From the NCBI GenBank assembly GCA_964291215.2, contig OZ219791.1:2976001-3040000 (forward strand): a DNA stretch of 64,000 bases, written 5' to 3'. Positions 18,120-28,028 of the stretch are shown one piece after another (within the stretch, counting starts at the first letter, position 1; the number at the start of each line of letters is the position of its first letter). The stretch is from Alphaproteobacteria bacterium. GTDB taxonomy: Bacteria; Pseudomonadota; Alphaproteobacteria; MPNO01; UBA830. The notes beneath the pieces are model-generated. The model had not been told where the DNA came from. It was given only the letters and a program-made list of their open reading frames with translations, and ran no database searches. The position numbers and the translations under genes are program-made.

Positions 18120-19320
18120 ATGACCGTCGAGGCCGGGTGATGGCGACGGGCGGCGCGCGAGGAGTTCGAAGCGGCCAGGATCGCGGCGCTGCGTGCGGCC
18201 GGCAAGGTGTCGGAAGAGGCCGTGATCCGCGTCCTCGACATCCTCATCGTCGTCCTTCTGGAGAAGACCACGCGCAAAAACGGACAAGAGCGTGAGGCGT
18301 GCCGGGAGCAACGGCCCGAAGCCGAACCAGCAGACGGGCGACAACCTGCGCAAGACCATCCGTCGAGGAGACGGTCGCGGTCGATACCTGCGACGCCTGC
18401 GGCGCCGACGGCGTCGACCCCGTCGATCGGGAGCGCCGCACGACATCGTGTTCGAGGTCGCGCCGCGTCGACGCCGAGGAATGCCCGAAGTGCAAGGGCC
18501 GGTTCCCCGACAACATCCCGTGCAGTACGGCATCCAGGCCCTCGTCATCAACCTGCTGGTCGCCCAGATGCTGTCCCTGCGCCGTGCCGCTCGTGCAGGC
18601 GATCTCCGGCATCAAGCTCTCCGAGGCCTCGGCTATGGTTTTACGATGCGTCATGGGAGGAGGCCGCCGTGCGCACCTCCTGCAACGCCCGATGTCGACG
18701 ATTTCGGATCAACGGCAAGTGGCTCCATGTCGTCGGGACGTGCAAGTTCCCGCACCGCAAGCGCGGCCGGGAGGCAAGAGATCGGCATCATCCCATGCTA
18801 CAAGGGCGTCCTGGACCTCGTACATGGCAGTGTAGCCACCAGCGGCAGCCACCTGCTGCGCGAACTGACCTTTGTCGTCGAGGCTACCGCGCGACTGATG
18901 AAGAGCCTGCTCCGCGAGGTCTGCCACAAGATCAACAAGAGCGCATCCAGGACCCTGAACGACGCCGTGCGCAAGCGCTACCGCACCATCAGGGCGCCAA
19001 GGAACTGCCCGACATCCCGACGAAAGGAAAACGCATCGCAAACGCGCACAACCTGCACGAACGTCTCGTGAAACACGAAAACCTGCCTTCACAGACGACC
19101 CCGATGTCAGCTTCACCAACAATGCCGGAGAACAGAAGATCAGGATGGCAAAGGTCAAGGTGTCCGGATGCTTCCGCTCCACGCAAAAGCATGGTGCCGG
19201 GGCTCAAGCTACCTCACCTCCATGGCGGCACTCGGCTACAATCATCACGTCGCCACCCAGATCGCCCTCGACGGAAAAGCCGCAGACATCATCAACGAGC
19301 ACTACGACCAATCAGAACCC
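18120..19320 (+). mobile_element. IS66-family transposase remnant
   Basis: Fragments EECPKCKGRFP, PVQYG..INLLVAQMLSLRR, FRINGK.WLHV, HRKRGREA, SHLLRELTF and FTNNAGEQKIRMAKVK.SGCFRS. Confidence 0.75.
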
Positions 19321-19323
19321 AAC

Positions 19324-20614
19324 TAGTAGTCCACCGGCATTGTATTGATGGTTTTTGTGGGTAGTATTTTCGTGTCGGCGTTCGTTGGAATCTGGACAGT
19401 GCCGATATCCACACGGGCAGATGCCGAACAGGCAGGCAGCCGCAGCCTCATGCGCAGGTCCGGACAACGGGCATGCCCGCAGGTCTTCGGCGCAATGACA
19501 GGAGCGGCGCATATGGCCAACTCTCGAGGCAGGAAGCTCTACCGCGTGACCCTTTCAGCGCAGGAGCGCCGGGATCTGAAGGCGATCGTCGACGGCACCG
19601 GGGCTGCCTGGCGTCGGCGCCGGGCACAGGTCCTGATGCTGGCTGACGAGGGGGCGCTCGGCTTGTCGATGCCGACATTGCGCAAGGGCTGGGCATCGGC
19701 GACGGTCGAACGCTTGCGCAAGCGCTGCGGGGGCTGGACGCCGCCCTCAGCCGCAAGGAGCAGGTGAACCGTCGGCCGAAACGGCTGGACGGGGCGATGG
19801 AGGCGAAGCTGGTCGCCCTGTTCGTCCCCGCCCGAGGGCTGTGGACGCTGAAGCTGCTCGCCGGCCGTCTGGTGGAGATGGAGATCGTCGAGCGCATTTC
19901 GGAAGAGACGGTCAGGAAGACGCTAAAAAAAGAGATCAAGCCGTGGCTAAAGCATTACTGGTGCATTCCACCGCACCGGAGCGCACAGTTCGTGGCGGCG
20001 ATGGAGGACGTGCTTGACATTTATCAGCGGGACTTTGTCGGGGACGAGGTGCTGGTGTGCATGGATGAAACCAGCCGGCAGCAGACGAAGGAAACCCGCA
20101 TCCCCCGTCTCGTATGGCCCGGTCAGCCGGAGGTGGTCGACTATGAATATAAGCGCAACGGCACGGCCAACCTCTTCATGGCCTTTGCGCCCAACGAGAA
20201 CTGGCGCACGGTGAAAGTCACCGACCGCCGCGGGACTGGGCGCACTTCATCCGGGAGCTTGCCGACGACCATTTCCCCGACAGAAAGATCGTGCTGGACA
20301 ATCTGAACACGCACAGTCGCTGTATGAAGCCTTTGAGCCCGAGGAGGCGAGGCGGGTGCGAAAGCGGTTCGAGTTTCGCTACACGCCCAAGCACGGGAGC
20401 TGGCTCAACATGGCCGAAATCGAGATCGGTGCGCTGTCGCGGCAGTGCCTTCGGCGACGCATTCCCGACCGCGACACCATGCTGCGGGAGACGGCGGCGT
20501 GGGTGGAACGGCGCAATGCGGCCGATGTCACTGTCGACTGGCGTTTCACGACGAAGGATGCCCGGACGAAACTGAAGTCACTATATCCGTCAATTTAATA
20601 ATGTTAGACTACTA
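19324..20614 (+). mobile_element. IS630-family element, degraded transposase, both ends present
   Basis: Imperfect TIRs CTAGTAGTCCACCGGCATTGTATTGATGG / rc CTAGTAGTCTAACATTATTAAATTGACGG with TA at both junctions; motifs WTLKLLA, MEDVLDIY, VCMDETS, DYEYKRNGT, LDNLNTH and YTPKHGSWLNMAEIEI. Confidence 0.88.
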
Positions 20615-20615
20615 G

Positions 20616-20736
20616 GGGTGAGTAGATACCTTGCGCGTATGACGCGGCGGCTGGCTGACGACTGGGCCTGCGGCCACCAGGTGATTGTGACGGAGACGTT
20701 CTGCGATCCGGAGCGTTTTGCGGGCACAAGGCGGCG
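20616..20736 (+). pseudogene. DUF4338 (DruA-like) fragment, continuation of the element starting at 16596
   Basis: RRLADDW..ETFCDPERFAGT; near-identical to the reverse complement of about 62170-62265. Confidence 0.7.
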
Positions 20737-21203
20737 ATGTGGCAGCGCTGCCAATTCCACTTGGCACAAAACGCCGTGCAGCACGCACCGAACAACGACA
20801 TCAGGAAACGTATTGGAAAACAGCTCAGAGCTGTCTGGAATGCGTCCTCACTTCAAACCGCCGAGGCTGAACTGGCCGCCCTCGTGGCCAGCTATCGCGA
20901 CAAGCATCCAGGCTTCGCAGACTGGCTGGAAAACAATGCGCCCGAGGGGCTCGCTGTCTTCACCTTGCCCGATGCTCACCACAAGCGTATGCGAACCTCG
21001 AACGGCATCGAGCGACTGATCCAGCAAGAACTCAAGCGGCGCACCTCCAAAGTCAGGGTCTTTCCGAACCTCGCCTCGTTGGATCGCCTCTCAACCGCAG
21101 TCCTCGTCGAGGAAAAATGGGAAACCGAAACCAAGGCATACATCAAATGGGGAACAGCTCGATCAGCTTCACGACAATTTCCAGACATCAGGTTGCGTAA
21201 TCC
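20737..21203 (+). mobile_element. IS256-family transposase, 3' fragment
   Basis: WQRCQFHLAQN and RTSNGIERLIQQELKRRTSKVRVFPN; the 5' half is deleted. Confidence 0.82.
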
Positions 21204-21259
21204 CCGGCACTGGCCGCATGAGATGAACAAATGGTACTGAGCCTGCAACTGTGCCATAC

Positions 21260-21515
21260 GAAACTCTTACCCGGGTCACCACGCGCCTGCGCCAGGCGCG
21301 TTGATCGTCAACCGACAGGACACGCGCCCGACCGCCGAGGTCGCCGAAATCTCCTCGGCGGCTGGTGTCGAACCCGTCGCACGAGGGGCCGCCTCACAAG
21401 CTGACAGAATTCAACAGGATGTAGTGCCATGTTGAAGTCGGCCGACAAAAAATCACGTTATATCAACGCGATAAAAATTCCAAGCCGCAAAAATTACCAA
21501 CTTGGGAAGAGTTTC
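21260..21515. mobile_element. MITE-like element with IS4/IS50-like ends
   Basis: Inverted ends GAAACTCTTACCC ... GGGAAGAGTTTC; the right end is repeated at window positions 1-38; no TSD found. Confidence 0.5.
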
Positions 21516-21618
21516 TTGCGCTCGCATCAATGCCCGCGAGATGGTGTTCTTGGCCGGAACGGTACCTATCAGCGTGGCGGTGCCCGTCCCGCCGGCAAGG
21601 CATCGCGTGATGGAAGAG

Positions 21619-22488
21619 CTAGGTCCTGCAGTCCAGTGCCCACGAGCGTTCCTCGTGGCCCGGATCGAATGAGGAGTTGGTCTGGTCGGGGTTGCGGTTG
21701 ACCAGCGGGCGGGCGAAAAGAGGATGGGTGAGTGACCGAATCTCGTGATCGAGAACGAACAGTTGGCTACCGGTGTCCGGATCTACTATGGCCTCGAAAC
21801 GATACTGGAATTGGTTGCTCTCCTCGGAAATCAGTCCGCGTTCCGTCAGCCTTCCATGGGGGCCGGAAAAATCCGCGATATAGATCTGGACGTGGTGGCC
21901 GTCAAATTCGGGAACGGGCTGTCGCGTTTCGCGGAAGACAAGAGCCTGCCGGTACCCCACCGGCACCCGGGCCTGGCCGTCGGCGAATTCGGCTGGCGCA
22001 CCCATGATCTCGCGGTAGAACCGAGAGATGCCGTCAGCGCAATCGGGCGGGACATCGAACTCGATCTGGACCAGGCCGAGGGCCGTGCGTCCGAACCGCT
22101 CTTGCGGCGTGTGGCATCGGAAACGGTTGCCCCACGGGCACGTGACGTCGACATGGCTGTCGCCCGACACGAAATCGAATGATGATTCGGCGAGCGGCTT
22201 GCGCACTGAATCGAGCCGTCGCTGCAGGTCATCAAGGTCCGGCATTACGAGCCCTATGCGCCCGCGCACGACCTGCGGGTCGCCGGTCGGCAGGTGAAAT
22301 TGCGAGCGGCCGGCATTGATCCACATGTTGGTTATACCCGTCACAAGGTAGGGGTCGCGTGTCAGGCCGAGGCCCGTGACGTAGAACAGCGTCGCCAGCC
22401 GCTGGTCCGGGATGCGGACGTTCACATGTTCCAGCGCGATGATATTGCCGGTGTCTTCGAGTGTGCGGTCGTAACGGTTGGTGGACAT
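21619..22488 (-). CDS. VOC/glyoxalase-like protein (two-domain)
   Basis: LEHVN..FYVTGLGL, QFHLP, CPWGN, RFYREIMGA and GHHVQIY. Confidence 0.7.
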   Translation of the reverse strand: MSTNRYDRTLEDTGNIIALEHVNVRIPDQRLATLFYVTGLGLTRDPYLVTGITNMWINAGRSQFHLPTGDPQVVRGRIGLVMPDLDDLQRRLDSVRKPLAESSFDFVSGDSHVDVTCPWGNRFRCHTPQERFGRTALGLVQIEFDVPPDCADGISRFYREIMGAPAEFADGQARVPVGYRQALVFRETRQPVPEFDGHHVQIYIADFSGPHGRLTERGLISEESNQFQYRFEAIVDPDTGSQLFVLDHEIRSLTHPLFARPLVNRNPDQTNSSFDPGHEERSWALDCRT

Positions 22489-22799
22489 CAGATTCTCCGC
22501 CCGCAAATGTTCCGGGCCGCTGCCGGAGCCTTTCGTTGCTCGGGCCTTTTCCGGCGGCGTGTCGCACGGTCGCAGGACGACCGACCGTGACATGAGCAGG
22601 CTTGGACGAACGGTTGCGATTTTCTCTGCCATCGATCCCGCCGGATTATATTGCTGACGGCGGGCGAGGTTCAAGCGGATTTGCCGGGACCGGGCCCGCA
22701 TTCGCGGGCCGATATCCCGGCATCGCCGTTACGGGGCAGCAACACGACGCCATCCGGGACTGGCGCGGCGAATCCGCATCTATCCGCGATGCGGGGCGG

Positions 22800-24128
22800 T
22801 CAATTGGTCATCAGGTTCGGAAGATAGGTTGCAAGCCCGGGAAAGAGGATCAGCAATACGAGGACGATCAGTGCGCAGCCGATATACGGAGCGGCCGCCA
22901 GCGCGACCTGCCATAGCGTGGTGCCACGGGGCGCTACTCCCATCATGACGAACAGCAGGAGGCCGAAGGGTGGCGTAGTCAGGCTGATCTCAAGCGCTAG
23001 CAGCATGACAAGGCCGAACCAGATCAGGTCAAACTGAAGGGTGGTCGCCAGTGGGAAGAAGATCGGTACCGTCAGCAGCATCATCGACACCTGGTCCATG
23101 AACATGCCCAGAACCAGGAGGACGGCGAACATGATCAGCAGCATGACGATGGGTGCGAGTTCGATTGCTGTGGCCCATGCGATCAGGCCGGCGCTGGCAC
23201 CGGTAAATGCCAGGAGCTGGCTGAACGTCGACGATGCGAGAATGATCAGGAGGACCATTCCGGTCACGCGGAGTGATCCGGAGAAGGATTTGACGATGAT
23301 ATCCCATGAGATGACGCGATAAGTGATGGCCAGGACAAGGACGCCGAGCGCCCCGAAGCCCGCAGCTTCCGTCGGGGTGGCGATGCCGAGGATGATCAGT
23401 CCGATGACGCAAAACACGACGAGGCCCATCGGCAGCACGTTGACGACGACCGACAGCAGGATCTCTCCCAGCGAGTGGCCCTCGACCGTGTATGCGGGCG
23501 CGGCGTCGGGATCGATCCGGACCTGGGCGTAGATCAGTATGGAGTAGAGGACCGCAAGCACGAGGCCGGGAAAGACGCCCGCGATCAGCAGCTTGCCGAT
23601 GTCGATTTCGGCGAGGCTCGCAAGCAGCACCGCGAGCGCCGAAGGCGGGATGATCATCGCGAGCCCTCCGGTCCCGAGGATCGGCCCCATCGACATGTGC
23701 TGCTTGTAGCCGCGGTTGGTCATTTCTGGAACCATCATCGAACCCATCATGGCGGTGTTCGCCATGGTCGAGCCGGAAAGGGTGGCGAATATGGTGCCGC
23801 CAGCGACCGTGATGTAGGAGAGTCGGCCGGGCAGCCGTCCGAAACACAGGTCCAAGGTGTCGAAGACCCGTATGGCGAGTCCGGTGTGGAAAAACAGTTC
23901 GCCCATGATGATGAACAGCGGCACCGGAATCAGGGCGAATATGGTGACCGATTCGACCGCGTTGACGACGATCTGCGGCATGGCGTCGAGGCCACCCATG
24001 AAGATCATCGCCCCGACGATGTTTGCGGTGAGGAACGAAAACGCCACCGGGATTCCTAGCAGCATGAAGGCGATGACCATGCCGACCAAGAAGCCGGCGA
24101 TCGAATACCACTCGGTCAACCACTCCAT
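22800..24128 (-). CDS. dctM: TRAP transporter large permease DctM
   Basis: GIPVAFS, PVPLFIIMGE, GGLAMIIPPS, GIATPTEAA and EISLTTPPFG. Confidence 0.92.
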   Translation of the reverse strand: MEWLTEWYSIAGFLVGMVIAFMLLGIPVAFSFLTANIVGAMIFMGGLDAMPQIVVNAVESVTIFALIPVPLFIIMGELFFHTGLAIRVFDTLDLCFGRLPGRLSYITVAGGTIFATLSGSTMANTAMMGSMMVPEMTNRGYKQHMSMGPILGTGGLAMIIPPSALAVLLASLAEIDIGKLLIAGVFPGLVLAVLYSILIYAQVRIDPDAAPAYTVEGHSLGEILLSVVVNVLPMGLVVFCVIGLIILGIATPTEAAGFGALGVLVLAITYRVISWDIIVKSFSGSLRVTGMVLLIILASSTFSQLLAFTGASAGLIAWATAIELAPIVMLLIMFAVLLVLGMFMDQVSMMLLTVPIFFPLATTLQFDLIWFGLVMLLALEISLTTPPFGLLLFVMMGVAPRGTTLWQVALAAAPYIGCALIVLVLLILFPGLATYLPNLMTN

Positions 24129-24640
24129 CACAGGGATTCCGAAGTTCCGGCCTTGCCGGAATAATAGGAATCGAAACCGAGGAGATAGCGTGCGAATTCG
24201 ATGGCGATCAGGCTGAAGCCGAGCGGAAACGGCAGGAACAATATCCACTTGGGCATGTCGATGGAGCGCAGGTCGAGCTCGCCGCTTGCCATCGCAGCCG
24301 TCATCTCGACGAAACCGTAATAGACGAAGAGAAGGGAGAGGACGATGCACAGCAGGTAGACGACTCTGGCCATGACGCGCCGGACTGCCGGCGGCATGGC
24401 CAGCGTGAGCGATTCGACAACCACGTGGCCCTTGAGCCGTACAAGCCATGGCGCCGCCAGCATGGTTGAGAACAGGAGGCAGTACTCGGCGATTGCGCTG
24501 TACCATTGCAGGGAGTTGAAGCCGGCCGTGCGAATGCCGACATCGGCGATGATGCCGACGAAGATGACGGCGAGCATCAGTCCCGCGATGATCGCGAGCC
24601 CGGTGATCAGGCCGTTATAGGCTCGGACAAGCATGTTCAT
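24128..24640 (-). CDS. dctQ: TRAP transporter small permease DctQ
   Basis: 4 TM segments and GHVVVE motif; lies between dctP and dctM. Confidence 0.88.
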   Translation of the reverse strand: MNMLVRAYNGLITGLAIIAGLMLAVIFVGIIADVGIRTAGFNSLQWYSAIAEYCLLFSTMLAAPWLVRLKGHVVVESLTLAMPPAVRRVMARVVYLLCIVLSLLFVYYGFVEMTAAMASGELDLRSIDMPKWILFLPFPLGFSLIAIEFARYLLGFDSYYSGKAGTSESL

Positions 24641-24691
24641 GGGTCGGGAAAGGCCGCAGCCCCGGCACGCCGGGGCCACGGCTTCGACGGC

Positions 24692-25687
24692 CTACTGGCC
24701 GTGATAGAGCCTGCTCAACATCTTGGCTTCTGGAGTATCAACCTTCTTGAGGCGCTCGATCGGCACGGTATTGGCGAGATCGAGGTATTTCTTTGCCGCC
24801 TCGCCGGTCATCGTGATCTCCTGCTGACCGAACTCCTTGGCGAGGATATCGCGTTCCTTGGCGACCAGCGGTTTCCAGTAGTCGTAGGAGATGCGTTCCC
24901 AGTCCTTGCCGGCCTGGATCATGATCTCCTGTCCCTTCCTGCTCAGCTTCTTGAGCGCCTTGTTGGAGATGAAAACGGAGGGTTCTAGCTGGTAGAAGGT
25001 GGGATAGACGCGGTACTTGACGAACTTGGCCCAGCCGAGACCGCGTGTCCACATCTCGGGAAAGGCGAAGCCGTCGACGAGGCCGCGTTCGAGCGCGTTG
25101 TAGATTTCCGGAACCTGGACGGTGATCGTCGTCGCGCCGAGTTCTTTGAGGAAACCGTCATAGACCGGCACCGACCGGATCTTGAAACCCTTCAGGGAAA
25201 TCATGCCGTCTGGCCCCAATTTGGGTTTGTCCCGCAGATAGAGGATGAACGAGACGCTGGTGGCGGTCTGCGCAAGGAGTATGCCGTCAAGCCTCTTGGT
25301 AAGCGCCGCGTCGAGCGCCGCCATCGCGCCGTTCTTGCGAGCGTCCCACGGGCGCAGTTGTGTTGCCGACAGGGCGTCGACCTCCGGCACCACGCCCCGG
25401 TGATAGCTCGCGGCGGTATACATCAGGTCGTAGAGGCCCGACTTGAAGCCCTTGGACTGGGCCGGCGCCTTGGCGATCTCGGGTCCGCCGATGTGGACGA
25501 TCTTGAAGTGGCCCTTGCCGCGCTTGTTGGCTTCTTCGATGAAACGCAGGAAATCGGGCGTCAGCGCGAAGTTCTTTGGCCAGCCGGCTATCCCCTTGAG
25601 CGTGACTTCCGCCGCGCTGGTCACCGGGCCAAACGAAAGCGTTGCCGCAACTGCTGCTGTGGCCGTGAGGGCCAACATCTTCTTCAT
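24692..25687 (-). CDS. dctP: TRAP substrate-binding protein DctP
   Basis: Signal peptide; LKGFKIRS, LGAT..EIYNALERGLVDG. Confidence 0.9.
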   Translation of the reverse strand: MKKMLALTATAAVAATLSFGPVTSAAEVTLKGIAGWPKNFALTPDFLRFIEEANKRGKGHFKIVHIGGPEIAKAPAQSKGFKSGLYDLMYTAASYHRGVVPEVDALSATQLRPWDARKNGAMAALDAALTKRLDGILLAQTATSVSFILYLRDKPKLGPDGMISLKGFKIRSVPVYDGFLKELGATTITVQVPEIYNALERGLVDGFAFPEMWTRGLGWAKFVKYRVYPTFYQLEPSVFISNKALKKLSRKGQEIMIQAGKDWERISYDYWKPLVAKERDILAKEFGQQEITMTGEAAKKYLDLANTVPIERLKKVDTPEAKMLSRLYHGQ

Positions 25688-25780
25688 GTGGAAACTCCCT
25701 GAATTGTCTTGATGAGATACAACTGGCTGGAGGCATTGTCTCATCGCTGAGCACAAAGGCAACCCCCGGCCCGTCCCGGC

Positions 25781-25905
25781 GAGGATATTCTCACGCTAAA
25801 TTCTGTTTGATTTTTCAAGGCAGCATCTGGGTGTTGCGGGGGCGCAGGTTGGTGCGAGGAGATTTTTGACAGTTTTCGCTGCCCCACTTCCAGTCTGAAG
25901 TGGGG
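25781..25905 (+). repeat. Third, diverged and truncated copy of the ISAs1-type left end, ending in a hairpin
   Basis: GAGGATATTCTCACGCTAAATTCTGTTTGATTTTTCAAGGCAG...; hairpin CCCCACTTC-N6-GAAGTGGGG at 25882-25905. Confidence 0.7.
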
Positions 25906-26130
25906 TCCATTTATATCGAGTAGAGTTTTGGATACACCTGCCACCGTCGCCAACAGGACCAGTGCGACGAAAAACTGGAATTGCCGATATGGTCCTTGGT
26001 CGTCAGGTTGTGCGATGGGCGTGGCAAGCATCCAGTGAACTTCTTCCAACAATGGCTCAACGCCGACCGCGATTGCCGCGCCGACAGCGCCAGGGAGCGA
26101 ATCCGGGAGTGTGAGTGGAGTGTATGCCAT
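25906..26130 (-). pseudogene. Truncated hypothetical gene downstream of the ATPase-TOPRIM gene
   Basis: ATG 4 bp after the upstream stop, with GAGGAA RBS; MAYTPLTLPDSL... reads into the IS-end repeat. Confidence 0.45.
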
Positions 26131-26134
26131 TTCA

Positions 26135-27829
26135 TCATTCCTCAACTGGATTCAATACGCTCGCGATTGCATCCAGTTTCTCCCTCACTTCTGGATGGAT
26201 TTCGTTTTCACTCATAACAGAAGCCAACAAATACAGATCCCGTTTGCGTGTACCTTTTCCGACACGGTCCAGAAGCGGTATCAAGAATTCTTCGCTTGCC
26301 TTTATGCGTGTAAGGGCGACATGGTCTTCAAACCAATCGGTTCCTTGGGGCACCTGCCGCTGAAATGCTTTATCAACTATAAGCTGCATCAATGGGAGGT
26401 GATCGACGAACCGCGCAATACTCTCCGGGTGCAAGAGATAATTTTCAATTTCATAGCGTCGCCATCTCAACACCTCTAATCCAGCTTTCGTCGTTTCCTG
26501 ATCCGGCTGATCGAGATTGTCCCCATCAATCAGACAAAGCCCTCGAATTCGAGGAAATGCCGCTCTCATTGCAAAAAAATGTGTTTTCGCTTCACGTAGA
26601 CTTCGTCCACCAAGCCAGTGAACAAACGGGCGTTTGAAGTACTCGTCAGATTCATGATTGAGAATGTGCGCCCATGCCTTCAGAATTTTCTCATCCGTCT
26701 CTCCCTCCACATAAAGCACCCCTCCGGCGTCTCGACCGAGCAGTAAATCAGTGGTCGTGACGCGCTTGAGAGCCTCCCGGACCTGGTCTCGTTCCGTTTC
26801 GCTCGTCAGTGCACGGGGCGCGTCACCGAAAAAGCCGAGCACGCGTTCCGGTTCCGTCGCATCAAGCACAACCTCGGAATGAGTGGCGATGATCACCTGT
26901 CCCCTTCGCTCGTGTGCAACCCGGCGAATCAGATCGTAGACTTGTCCTTGCAGCATGATATGCTGGTGCGCGTCGGGCTCGTCGAGGAGGATGACCGTGG
27001 CGGGACGCGCATACAGGAAGGCAAGCAGCAGGAGCACCTGAAGCGTTCCACTCCCCGCATTGGAGAGGTCAAGAGGCCTGTTGCTGCGCCCCGTCTTGTG
27101 GCCCAGTTCACGATATTCACACACGATGTACGGCTGAGCGGGGGAGTATACGGGCTTCAGCAACTCCACCTGGAACAAGTCTCGGATCTGCTCTGCCAGA
27201 GCTTCCCAGTCTTCCGTACGGTCACTCTCGGCTATTTCCAGCAGCAGATTCCTGAGAATCTCACCAGGTCGTCCCTGACCGACGAGCAGGTCTTGCATAC
27301 CGCGGTCGCGCCGCGGTTCATCGCGCTCGATCCCCGAGAGTGGCGGCACATGAACAATTTCCAGATCTTTCGCCGCTGCTGGTGGGAAATCCTGGATAGC
27401 TTCCCGATCAAGATCTTTCGCGCCACTGGGTCTGGCGTACACTAGCTCCAGATTAGCGTATTGGAGTTCGATTCCACAGCTCCAGGGCTGGTCATCCTGG
27501 AGACCCTCCACGACAATCTCGATAAGTCGTGGTGTTCCAGACATGCCTTGTGGACCAGCAACCCTCCGGTCTTCCCACAGCAGGTTCATTTCCCGAAGTG
27601 GCACAGCTGTGATGTCGGCGCGTGGTATGGCGACTCCCGTACGCCTGGCTGCCCTGCTTCCCTCTCGTTGGGAAATCCACCGATGCAGGGCCAGCTTCCA
27701 CATTGCGACCATTTGAAGGAGCGTCGATTTTCCGGCATTATTCGGTCCGGCCAGAACAACCGAATCCGACAGATCGAACCTCTGCTCGCGGAAGCATTTG
27801 AAGTTCTTGACTGTGATGCGGTGGATCAT
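26135..27829 (-). CDS. ABC-type ATPase fused to a TOPRIM-like domain (OLD/AriAB-like)
   Basis: Walker A GPNNAGKST, signature AGSGTLQ, Walker B LLDEPDAH, H-loop IATHS; C-terminal YVEGETD..LIDGDN..EIENYL. Confidence 0.85.
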   Translation of the reverse strand: MIHRITVKNFKCFREQRFDLSDSVVLAGPNNAGKSTLLQMVAMWKLALHRWISQREGSRAARRTGVAIPRADITAVPLREMNLLWEDRRVAGPQGMSGTPRLIEIVVEGLQDDQPWSCGIELQYANLELVYARPSGAKDLDREAIQDFPPAAAKDLEIVHVPPLSGIERDEPRRDRGMQDLLVGQGRPGEILRNLLLEIAESDRTEDWEALAEQIRDLFQVELLKPVYSPAQPYIVCEYRELGHKTGRSNRPLDLSNAGSGTLQVLLLLAFLYARPATVILLDEPDAHQHIMLQGQVYDLIRRVAHERRGQVIIATHSEVVLDATEPERVLGFFGDAPRALTSETERDQVREALKRVTTTDLLLGRDAGGVLYVEGETDEKILKAWAHILNHESDEYFKRPFVHWLGGRSLREAKTHFFAMRAAFPRIRGLCLIDGDNLDQPDQETTKAGLEVLRWRRYEIENYLLHPESIARFVDHLPLMQLIVDKAFQRQVPQGTDWFEDHVALTRIKASEEFLIPLLDRVGKGTRKRDLYLLASVMSENEIHPEVREKLDAIASVLNPVEE

Positions 27830-28028
27830 TAGAAAATCCCTGCGAGCAAGGAGTGATCTACAGCAATTGGACGTTGCGCAAACTGCCCTCTGTTCACATG
27901 TGATATCCTGAGGAATCGACTGCGGACGAAACACTCAATATCAGTGCAAGGCTGAAACCACTCATACCTATCATGGTAAGAAAGCTCCAATATCGGTTCT
28001 CTTCTTCTTTCCCGGTCCACGATGTCGG

